This document shows, piece by piece, positions 53,401-64,000 of a stretch of DNA of 64,000 nt. A program made the position numbers and the translations under genes. Under the pieces are notes generated by a model that did no database searches, had not been told where the DNA came from, and saw only the letters and a list, made by a program, of their open reading frames with translations. The DNA lies in NCBI GenBank assembly GCA_051362555.1, contig CM120642.1, positions 17,174,001 through 17,238,000 of the forward strand, written 5' to 3'. Numbering within the stretch: position 1 is the first letter of the stretch; each line of letters starts with the position of its first letter. This DNA comes from Lingula anatina (taxonomy: Eukaryota > Animalia > Brachiopoda).

Positions 53401-54278
53401 AAAAAAGACGAAGACAAAATGTGTCAGGCAGATATTTGTAATATATATTATTTGTCTTTTTAACAGTCATTTCACGAAAATGCCATTTTATCATTTAAAT
53501 GTAATTGTGCAAATACAGACGCTTATTATTCAAAAATCCTGATACGTTGAATTTTACAAACCTTCCAACGTCTGAGGTAGATAAATCTGGAGAATTTCAA
53601 AAATTCAAGAATGAGAAAAATAAACATTTGGTCAAAATCTGTGAGGTCACAACCTTATTGTCAAAGGAGACGTTTTTACCTTGCCTGGTCATAAAAAACC
53701 ACAATATCAAGACAGATGGATAAAATGCAAGACAATGGAATAAGATGAAGTCATACTTCCTTAGTGAAAACTTTGCACATGAACGCTTCCGAAGGCACTA
53801 TAGAGAGTATCCAATCCCCTTGCTGGTGCTTGCAGTGTTTCTCACATCGGCAATGCGGTTCTTTACTCTGATAAACTTTTGCCGTCAATTTTCCGTGAGA
53901 AATATTGAACATTCCGTGAGATTAACGGCAAATCCGTGTGAGATGGAGGGTCTGATTTTTATTTTTTCCAATTTTGTCAACAGTTGCCTTAAATGTGATA
54001 CAACTACCGTAGTGCATATACTGTTGGTGATTGACCATCCATCGTCTTTTTATATCTCTACGTTTCTCATATTCCCAGATCTTGCGACCAAGATCATTCT
54101 GCTGTTCTCCGTTCCCCAGAATGCCAAAAGGCTGACGTGCATGATTCCAGATGATACTTACCTCCCAGGGTTCCCAGGAATACAGGTTCTCAGTGTCATG
54201 TGGATTATTCTAATGCATATGTTTAGCATAGGACAGTCTTCCATAGGTGAGAACACGTAGTGTGAGCGTGTGTGTGGG

Positions 54279-54324
<46 letters not shown>

Positions 54325-57300
54325 ACGAAAGTAATTCTTGAAAAAGAACGAAAAGAATTTGCTTAGTAATTAGGCTCTGTATTTGTCATCTTTATCGAGG
54401 ACTGCTTTCTGGCGATTAATTCTTTGCCTCTTGGAACCGTTTTCTGAATTTAATTTTCATGGGTTTTAAATGGTCTTCCAGGTAACACACCTTCCTATTT
54501 CCCAGACATTTTCAGCCGCTGGACTTTCATGTTCGTAGTGGGAGCTCCATTTGCTGTAGACACCCTGCTAACCATCAGGTGATATGCCACCACAGCGTCT
54601 TGAAACCGTTCTGTGCGCAGTTAATTTTTTTATTTAAAAATTGCCAACTAACATCCGTTTATGATAAACTATTTTTATTAAAGCGTTTCCCAATTAGTTA
54701 ATTTAATTCAAAATCCTACATATAATTTAAGGATTCTAAGGTGATGTGATGAGGTTTTAGAATGGTTTAAATATGGTAAAACGTGGTATAAAGAGAGATA
54801 AGATGTAATTGATGAATTCACATACATGGGGTATTATGTTCCCTAAACAATAATTGTTTTCTTCTTTTCAGTGGAATATCATTGACCTTTTGGACCCTCA
54901 AGGAAATGGACAAAAATGACGGAGAGATTTTGAAAGTGCAATGGCTGAAATATTACGCAGGACGGTTTTGTAGGTTAGATTAATATTTTGTAGACAATAT
55001 AGAGTTGATTTGAATAGATTCGTAAATTATAATGGGTGGAAATGCGTCATATAAACGTTTTAGGCAATTTTTTCGAAAAAATCCTCGACAAAGCCACCAA
55101 CATGCCAATTTGTGGCATGCTTCGCTGCTTAAAAAACCCTCCATGTCTCATTCAGTATTTCGATTTTTTATTTTAATTTTAATCAAAATATTAATTTATG
55201 TTTAGACTGTCTGCTTGTTTTTATTTTCATTTTATGTAGATATTCCGCCCCGTATTTTGTTGTCCTGTTGTTATACACGGCACTTGATGATTACTGGATT
55301 CAGGGCCCATTGAAACCCATCAACGTCGAACCCCACTGTCGTCATAGCTGGTGGACGAACGTCCTCTACATTAACAACTTCGTTAACACAGACCAAATGG
55401 TAAATACAGTTTTTCATACCAGTCCATGTCTTCATTTTTTCTTGATTCAGTGAAGGATATTACCCTCTCTTTTGCATATGAAAAGCAGTTCCATCTTGAA
55501 TTTGAAAGCAATTTTTTATACCCGGTCTTAGGAGGATTAACTTTTACGCCCTGACAAAGATGGAGATTCAATCTCACAGAAAACCCCCAAAAACTAACAT
55601 AATGCTGAGCTTTCACATTGAATTTGTTCAGATTTTTTCATTTGAAATTATTTAAATTTCTTCATCACTTTAGTCATTACTAATAATTCAAGGTAAAAAG
55701 AAGTGTAAAATATTATGTTATAATTCACAGTGTATGGGGTGGACATGGTACATGGCGGTGGACATGCAGTTGTACCTAGTGGCTCCCATTATTATTGTGG
55801 CACTCTACAAGTACGTGATAATAATAATAATAATTATTATTATTATTCAGCAAATTGAGTGTACATAAGATACGTATTTGGAATTTTTTCGATTTCCCAA
55901 AGGAAAAATAAAAACATTTTACTTTTTATATGTAATTTAAAAGTCGACACTAAGCAAATTTGTCATTGTGGGACAGGGGAAACGCCTTTCCATGGAGATA
56001 TTGAAAAAAAAGTCATCTGATTTACAGGTCTTGGCTTGTTGGTGGATCCATTATCATTATCCTAATCCTTGCTAACTGGACCTCTGCCGGGGTCACGACG
56101 GGAGAGATGAACCTGCCGGCGGCCGTTTGGATAGCTAATTATCAAAATATGTAAGTGGGCGAATAAAGAGCATGCCGTATTAAAATGCATTGAGAAGCTT
56201 GAAATTTTTGTTCCAAACGTGCGTTATGCTACTGGATGTATGCCATGGCGCTTGATTTCTTCTAATTATTAGGTCTAAATGACCTATGTTTTTCTTTTCG
56301 TTAACATTAGGTCCAAGTGGTTTCAGTGGATATATATCAAGCCGTGGTGCAGACTTGGACCGTTCTTAATAGGCATGGCAACTGGCAACATTCTGGTCAG
56401 GACAAAAGCTCACAGGATTTTAACTAGGGTAATATTTAGTTAAAGAAAAATAGATGAATTGTGATTTTTTATTTAATTATTAAATAAAGTTTTTCGAAGT
56501 ACACATTATACTGATATACCAGAAATCACGAGCTTGATATCTGCTTATAATTCTGAAAGATACCAGTACGTGGATTTTAGGCTGTAATCCGTATAAACGT
56601 TAGATTAACGCATGGACATAAAAACCACGCATCTAAAATTGCTTTTATGTACGTGATTAACGTGAAGAATATTTTAGGCAGTATACATTAAATTTCAGCT
56701 AGTGCCAAAGATAAACCCTGTTCCATACAGTATTTTTTCTAAATAACTAATAATTTGACCAACGCAATGCAGAGTAACGCGGAGTCTGCTGTACCAGCAT
56801 CATCATATACAGTACTGTAACCATGTTGAACTTCCCTTTTCAGTGTGCTGCCTGCATGGGATGGGTGACGACCATCACGCTCTGTGTTGCCGTGGTTTAT
56901 GGCCCCTACACACTCCACTTCACCCACTACTGGCCTGCTGGGGTGAATGAGGTGTACAACGCGATGGCGGCCTCGTTCTGGGGGCTGGGGATGGCCTGGC
57001 TAGCTTATGCGTGTATTACCAGATTGGCAGGTGAGAATCCCTTCTGAGACGCATTCAACAGCAGTGGCGGATTTGGGGGGGGGGGGGGGGGGGGGGCTGA
57101 TCCTCCCCCCCACCCCTTCGATTTCTGAAAAAAGAAATCACACCAATGGTCCCCTCTTGAAATTAGAATTTTGACTACCTGAATCGTAGTTCTAACCCGT
57201 ACCAAATAGTATCATTCGCCCTCTAAATATGCCACTCCAAAGGTTGGGGGGGGGGGGGGGGTTAGCTTTGCATCCGCAGACCCCCTTTCAAATAATCCTG

Positions 57301-58581
57301 GATCCGCCCCAGAACAGTGGCTGACTTAGAACCGTAAAAGAAGTGATGGGAGTGTTTAATGATGAGTATATATGATAATTTAAGATTTTTTGCTTTTGTT
57401 CGAGCAGTGCATACGTTTTTTGAAAATGGAATTGCAATTTAGAAATAATTGAAATTTCTACGCAGAAAAATGATCTCCCATTTTGTTTTGGCAAGTTTTT
57501 TTTTTGTTACCTTCTACCTTTTGTTACCTTTTATCGTGCCTCTTTTATTAATTGTTTTCAAATTTTTAAATCTAGATACAATTTGTAATATTAAAATTTA
57601 AAAATGACGTACGGTAATTTACCCTGTAATATTTTGTGTACTCACTAAGCACTTTGTAAATGTAGCACTTCTTCCCCTAGCTCATAACTTTCAGATAAAT
57701 TATGATGATCCAAAATTGTTTTCCAGGTATAGTTCATAGCATTCTGTCGTGGAGAGGCTGGGTTCCTCTTGCTAGACTGACTCACGTGGCCTACATCGTC
57801 CACCCCGTGCTGCTGGAGGCTTACTTCTACAGTACCAGATCGGTCATCTACTTCTCCGATGTTTATGTGGTATGTATATGTACATAATTGATAAACCTTG
57901 AAATGGCGATTGAAGCATGAGTGAACGTCATATTTACACCCTGTAAACTTATTTTCGAAGTCTAATTTTTTAAATTTTTACCCTGAGTATTTTACAGTTT
58001 CTACTGGTGCGTATATTTGATAACAATTGATTCACGTTGAGTCAAAAATCAAAAACTTAATTTTAAAACGGGTTTTGTTATTGTAAGAATACATTTAATT
58101 GATTACGGGAAATGTGATCAAATTTCCAGGAAATGATTTTTTGCTTTTTATATTGCTTTGTATATTGCTCTTTGTGTGCCTTCTTTTGTGTTAAGAAATG
58201 TAGTAAGTGCAATTTCTCCACAACCTGGGCGTGGGTTTCGGGGCCCACTGAAGGGCCCTGAAAATTTTTGGTATTTTAGAGGGCGAACAGTGCCATTTGG
58301 TACGGGTTAGAACTATGATTCAGCTAGTCAAAATTCTCAATTCAAGAAGGGACCATTGGTGTGATTTTTTTCAGAAATCGATGGGGAAGGGGGGGGGGGG
58401 TCAGGAGCCCTCCCTGACACCCCCCTAAATCCGCCACTGTCTTGGTGACATCTTTTTTTTTTCTTTCCTTCAGGCCCTGCTTTATATAGCCGTGGTGTTC
58501 CTCACCTACGTGTGTGCTTTCTTTGTTTCCCTACTCTTTGAAATGCCAGTGGCTGCTATGGTACAGACATTTATGGAGTGA
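49112..58581 (+). CDS. NRF-6 (nose resistant to fluoxetine 6)/O-acyltransferase-like protein: NRF domain plus acyltransferase-3 membrane domain, about 15 exons
   Basis: Signal peptide; ISANCKEDV...WALQ(M)YDASGRP...EGHFLWLGSFDQC...KYC...LGICMSSQCS (NRF domain); GIQVLSVMWIIL, FAVDT, CRHSWWTNVLYINNF, CMGWTWYMAVDMQLY, YIKPWCRLGPFLIG, ILSWRGWVPLARLTHVAYIVHP, SLLFEMP; TGA at 58579-58581. Confidence 0.9.
50659..50815. repeat. Near-perfect hairpin/MITE (arms about 63 bp)
   Basis: gggctccgtatctcgaaaggttcgctatgt...gtgtctcgattccat paired with atggaatcgagacac...acatagcgaacctttcgagatacggagccc. Confidence 0.85.
51182..51489. mobile_element. Foldback MITE with ~105 bp near-perfect arms
   Basis: ctacccaactaccagactcggcaccgaatgatccagaattc... 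mirrored at ~51383-51489; no unambiguous TSD other than a possible TA. Confidence 0.8.
52480..52693. mobile_element. PIF/Harbinger-like MITE, TSD taa
   Basis: taa|gcccccattcccagagattagatcgatc ... gatcgatctaaaatctatgggaatgcgccc|taa. Confidence 0.65.
57062..57312. mobile_element. MITE family 2, 5-bp TSD aacag; a further copy in reverse at ~58227-58439
   Basis: aacag|cagtggcggat ... atccgccccag|aacag. Confidence 0.75.
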
Positions 58582-59324
58582 GCGACCAGTGGAAATTTCA
58601 TTCTGCGAAATACCTTTACCAGTGTTGCATTCAAAGATTGTAAAAAGAAAAGGACTTGGGTTACAGAACTTAAACAGAAGCACCAGGAAAATTCCCTCTG
58701 TTCAATTTTCACTTTCATTATTGATTGATTAAATTAAATAGTATATAATTTGTTAATGTACGAATCTTTATTGAGATAAAGTTTTGTTGGTTTCAGTTAT
58801 TTGTCATTATCTGTTTTCAACTCATTAAGTTTTGATTTGGCAAAATAAAAATCAGTTGAAGAAGGTGTTTAATATTTTTTTATCAACTGAATTTTAATAT
58901 TTTAATGCTCAACTGCAAATGATATCAGTGTTCTCCAATTTACAGCTAGTAAAAGTGTTGTTTAAAAACATCCGACGCATAAACTCCGAAAATGGTTTTA
59001 ATTCAGTTGTGAAGACTAGACTGGGCAGTATATGAAAAAAAGGATATTTGGCAATACAACTGCTGCAGTGCATTTATTTTACTTGGGTATTCTTAAAGAA
59101 AACAGCAACTTAAATTTATGGTCACCCAATCATTTATTTTCAGCATGATAAAAAATTCTTTTGGTGTATCTGCATTGGTATCTTTCCTATGACATAATTC
59201 CTCAGGTACAATCTCCAGAGCTAGAAACTGATGATGCAACATTTGCCTAAATGCATGACGCCAGCGGCTGCAGGGACTGATTGGACAAGACTACATATGT
59301 ACACATTCAGATACGAAAACGTCT

Positions 59325-62300
59325 TCAGCTACCTCCTTTTGGCAACCGGTAAACCCCTCCCGAATACAACAGTTTCTGTTCCTTCACTTTTCTATCCAGA
59401 AATGTTTTCAGTTCCTGCACACAACACTCTGACGTGGTAGGCCCCTGCATAGCAAACATCTTCAACATAGTGTGGATTCTCTCCAAGGGGAGGGACTCCA
59501 GGTTCGTTAGCATCCCAACTATGTAGGACCAGTAGACCTGTAGATAAATTTTGTAATTGTTAAGAAAAAGAGTCATCTATAATTACAGTGAAAAAGAATG
59601 ACACTGAATGCATATACAAAAACTTCCAATACTGTACTGGAGCTAATTTGTTTATACAAAAGAGAAAGCTCTTCAAAAACTTTACAATTGAAAAATTGTC
59701 TTTTTATATTGCAGCAAGTTTTGCAACAGTAAAATAAGTGAATAAATATAACAAAAACAAAGCAAAAATGATGATAAAACAAAAAATTTTAATGAATAAT
59801 TCAGTCACTAAATCAATCAACGGACAAAAACTGAAAATTTCAACCACAACCTCAGATAAGTGTACATCATTTTTATTAAATATTAAATTAATAAATAATT
59901 CTACTCTTGCACCATACCTGCATCTCCTCCTCGCGCTGATCATGTGACGACGCCATGGCAGACTCAGCCTCGTCTTCATCTACGACCATGATGTCGTTAT
60001 GACGAGCCTTGTGTTCCTCAACCAACACAAAAGTGTCTGTTACTTCTTCTTTCAGAAGTCCCTTCGTCTGCCAGAATGTGATCTTCCTCCTTAATGCTGC
60101 ACTGGGCATCTTTAACACTGCACTGAGTTCATCTACTGTCCATTTTTCTGAATGGAATTTAAGAGAAAGAAAATTAATCTGGGTATTCCCTGATAATGTG
60201 ACCAAATAATTACTATTAAAAAATATTGGAGGTGTTCAATGACAGCAACATTGCTGTTTATGTAATATGTTGAATAAAAAAGTGACAAAAAGCATCATGT
60301 GAAGGAAAAAAATGCCAAAATATAGGAGGTTAAAAAAAACCCAATTAATTTTCAACACTGCTGTTAATTTTACAAATATCAGAAGAAAAATATTCATAAA
60401 AATTCATGTAGATGGCATAAAATTAACTGACCTGAAAATCCTAATGAATACTACAGGTGAAATTTTGAATAGAATAATTATTAAACATATTTACATATCT
60501 AACAATCACAATTCTCATTTTATTTCCCATGATCTATTGACAAAATTGTTGATCCAAGTAAAATGTATATTCTGAATAAAACGGCAAACATCAAACCTTT
60601 TTCTTGAAATTGCATAAAGATGGCAGCTTGAACTGGAGTGACTTTCATGTTCAATGTTTTGCTGTTCTTCAGCTCAATTTCTATATCCATCAGACCTGGG
60701 GAAAAGAAGTAATGAAGTACAATATTTGACAGTGTTTATATCAGAATGAATATGCAGAAGCAAATTGCCACACATATACTTGTATAGGAAAAAAAAAGAT
60801 GAATATTCTTCTGTACAATTCTGAAAATAAAAACTGCAAAAAGAAGCTTTATTGGAACACTTCGTACCAGCAATATTCCCCTTAAATGTTAAGAAATGTT
60901 TTAACTTAAAAATACTTATCAAAGTTATGAAATTCAATGCTTTTATGTGCTGATATGATTATATTCATGATAATATATTCAAAATAATAAAAGCCGTCCA
61001 TAAATACAGTGTACTAGTACAGTGTGTGTGTGTGTGTGTGTGTTTTACCTAAATGGGGTTTCCACTGCAAAGTTCTATTTCCTTTCAAAGCCTCAAAGGA
61101 TTTTGTGTAAGTCTTTAAAGATGTCTGCATTATTTCTGGTAACTCAATCTTTTCTTCCCTGAAACTGGGCCAGAACTGAGCAGAAAGCACCATAGAATTC
61201 ACCGGAATTTCCTGAAAAAAAGTAAATTGTAAAATGAAATGTTTCCTGAATGAGTGAATAACATGATATCAGGGTGCAGAATATTCTATAGTACTGCAAT
61301 CGACTCTGATTTCCTTCCAATCTCATAGGTTTTACTTATTCTTTGTTTATGATGAATTAACTGAGCTTCCATCTGATTCATCATAATTCATTTCAAGTCA
61401 AAATCATACTGAAAAAAAAAATAAATAAATAAATAAAATAAAATAAAATAAAATAAACAACAACTAATACCTCTGCATCCTCTCTCTCCACCCCCTGTGC
61501 TTCCTCCCTCTCCTTCTGTTCAGCAATGTGAGAATTGATACGTTTGGAGTCGGCCACATCCTTCAGCATCACCTCACAATAGTGGAGCTGGGACTCACCA
61601 AATCGTAGTTTTAACAGTTCAAGATACCTGAAAATAAAATCAGAACAGTGCCTTTTTTCAAGTGAATTTTTCACTTCAGGTGGAAAAATGCTAACATACG
61701 CATGAGAAGTTTTTGTTGGCAAAGCCATACAGATACACATGCCAAAACATATTTATTGCTATATGCTAAATAATAGATATAATTTTTTAAAAATAATAAT
61801 TGGGTAAATAAATTGATAAAGAAAAAAAAAAAAAAAACAATGGCGTAACCGGATCTATTTATGACACATTTGGAGCTTACAAAAGGAAGTCTTTTTTCAA
61901 TTTCCTCTCAAGGTCTGATGAGGCCTAAAGATAGTGCTTCCTTTCCTCACCTAATTTCTCTCTCTGTATCATAACTGAACTGAGACAGGATACGGTCAGC
62001 CAGCAGAGTCCTGTATTCATTAACAAACAGTTCCTTACTCCCGTATATGTTCACCAGCATGCTTATTATGTCTGATGTCCTTCTGCTTTTACTTGTCTTA
62101 GCTGAAATCAAAGATCATGCAATAAATGAATGATTGTATAATATTGCTAAAGGATTTATAATGCAGTAGACTGCATAACTCCTTGATTCGAAGTATAAGT
62201 CAAATTATTGTTTATCTTGAACAAACTTTGTTTATATTACATTTTGCTTTGGTATTAGCTGATAAACACTGCTTAACTCTAATCTTCTTCAATTTTTTTT

Positions 62301-63391
62301 TTATCCATAATGGTTCGGGTCTACTCTTACTTATCGTATAAAATATCTCAAACTATCATTAACGCATACAAAATGTTCACTCCTCATCAAAAAAGATCAC
62401 ACAGAGCAGGCTACCAGAAATGTATTAATAGCATGACAATAAACATTACTAGATTAAAAACAAATCTGAGTCAGAGAAGAACAGACCTGGATCAGCATCC
62501 ACAGGATCTGGCATCCAGTTTTCCCAATCCTCATCCTCCTCATCACTCTGACACGTCTCATCCAGCACCAGTGTGTTCCCCTTGAATAACTCCTCTGATA
62601 ACTCATTACTGCCCTCTTCTGTTAGACTGGCAACTATACAGCGGACTGTGTCATCTCTTGATCTAGATATATTATATATAATATTATACATAGAATAACT
62701 CCTATGATAACTCATTACTGCCTTCTTCTGTCAGACTCGCCACTATACAGCGGACTGTGTCATCTCTTGATCTAGATATATTATATATAATATTATACAT
62801 AGAATAACTCCTCTGATAACTCATTACTGCCTTCTTCTGTCAGACTGGCCACTATACAGCAAACTGTGTCATCTCTTGACCTAGATACAGTATTATACAT
62901 AGAATAACTCCTCTGATAACTCATTACTGCCCTCTTCTGTCAGACTGGCAACTATACAGCAGACTGTGTTGTCTTTTATTCTATGTATTATAATAAATCT
63001 TTAAAATACCCTTACCTTATAAAAAAAAAAAAAAAAAAAAAAAAACTGGATAGAATTAGTCAGTTTAATGACTATTACTGGAATTTACACATTAACTGAC
63101 ATAAATAATTAACCTTAAGTGTGTAAACAAGACAAATACATAATGTTTCACATGAAATCACACAAACACAATATGAATTAATATACACTCACACATAAAT
63201 AACCAAACTGGTTAACTTATATTATTCATTATTTACATAAAAATTCAAACTTAATTTTAACAGTTTTCCACACCTTAAATACTTCCTGACAGGCTCACAG
63301 ACAAGTTCCAGCAGGACTCCAGTGGGATCCAGCACTCTGAGGGCTCTGATTGACGAGATGTAGGCTGTCAGGATGTCAGTGGTATTTACAC
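59325..63391 (-). CDS. ANAPC2: Anaphase-promoting complex subunit 2, 3' exons (5' part outside window)
   Basis: Exons encode GVNTTDILTAYISSIRALRVLDPTGV, SRDDTVRCIV..WMPDPVDADP, SDIISMLVNIYGSKELFVNEYRTLLADR, YLELLKLRFGESQLHYCEVMLKDVADSKRIN, LSAQFWP..LKGNRTLQWKPHLG, VTPVQAAI and YWSYIVGMLTNLESLPLERIHTMLKMF...GGVYRLPK* (cullin-homology and WHB domains). Confidence 0.96.
62584..62992 (-). repeat. Four-copy tandem repeat (~100-109 bp) of an ANAPC2 splice acceptor plus exon 5' part
   Basis: Unit gaataactcctctgataactcattactgccctcttctgt.agactggcaactatacagc.gactgtgtcatctcttgatctag starts at ~62584, 62693, 62802 and 62902. Confidence 0.93.
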
Positions 63392-64000
63392 CTGCGAAAG
63401 ATAAAAAAAGAGCCAATACTATATGCCTTCAAATCCATTTCAAAATTTATTTACATCTGTGCTTAATTTCATTAAAGCTTTAAAAACTACTGCATTACGC
63501 CTTTCACATGTAACATGACAAACTGTCACATCTAACACATTTTGACTACACAACTGTTACTGACTGACTGAACTTGAAGGTAACTTCAGCATTTGTGGAA
63601 AAACAAAACTGAAATTATACAACAAAGAATTATGCTAAATGCAGAATTCGAATAAATTTCAGCTGAGGTGTCACTGCACTGGAGGCAGATTCAGGTAGTT
63701 CAGTATCATCTCTTTTCGGACTACCCACAGACAAAACATGACCCTAGTTTCTGACATCAAAATGGAGTTCCTAATATCAATGTGGTCAATACCACTGTCA
63801 ACATTTACAACAATGTCTATGTCAGCCGGTCAACTATTCTCTAGTATTCACAATATGGATAATATTCATGTTATCAAGTACTATCCGAAGGAATTAACAT
63901 CATTTACAGGAGTTTTTTTCTATGGTACCGCAGTTACAACAGCTTTCATATATAACACATTCAGACTGGCACCTCTTCCATTGCTAACACATACAAACTG

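Overview
AT-rich, intron-rich animal genomic DNA, probably an invertebrate (mollusc/lophotrochozoan-like; the species cannot be named from sequence). The window is built around a tandem segmental duplication with an offset of roughly 34-38 kb. Copy A (5' end outside the window to 15437) and copy B (~35.6-49.4 kb) each carry a multi-exon ADAMTS-like M12B metalloprotease gene followed by the 5' end of an NRF-6/acyltransferase-3 gene. That gene is complete only in copy B (49112-58581). At the end of copy A sits a ~10 kb decayed AcademH/AcademHP-type DNA transposon. It has ~780 bp inverted repeats, a ~20-exon transposase with an inserted ING-like PHD finger (+), and a convergent RecQ-like helicase (-); both genes start just inside the inverted repeat, downstream of a shared TATA box. 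The 3' part of ANAPC2 (-) closes the window. A Tc1 element, many MITE/foldback elements and microsatellites are also present. Main observations: a predicted H3K4me3-reader PHD in a transposon lying in a gene's first exon; a promoter built into the TIR; a one-sided basic (K/R) shift between the protease paralogs; gain and loss of TSP1 exons; and tandem decoy splice acceptors in ANAPC2. Exon boundaries were read by eye and are approximate to a few bp.
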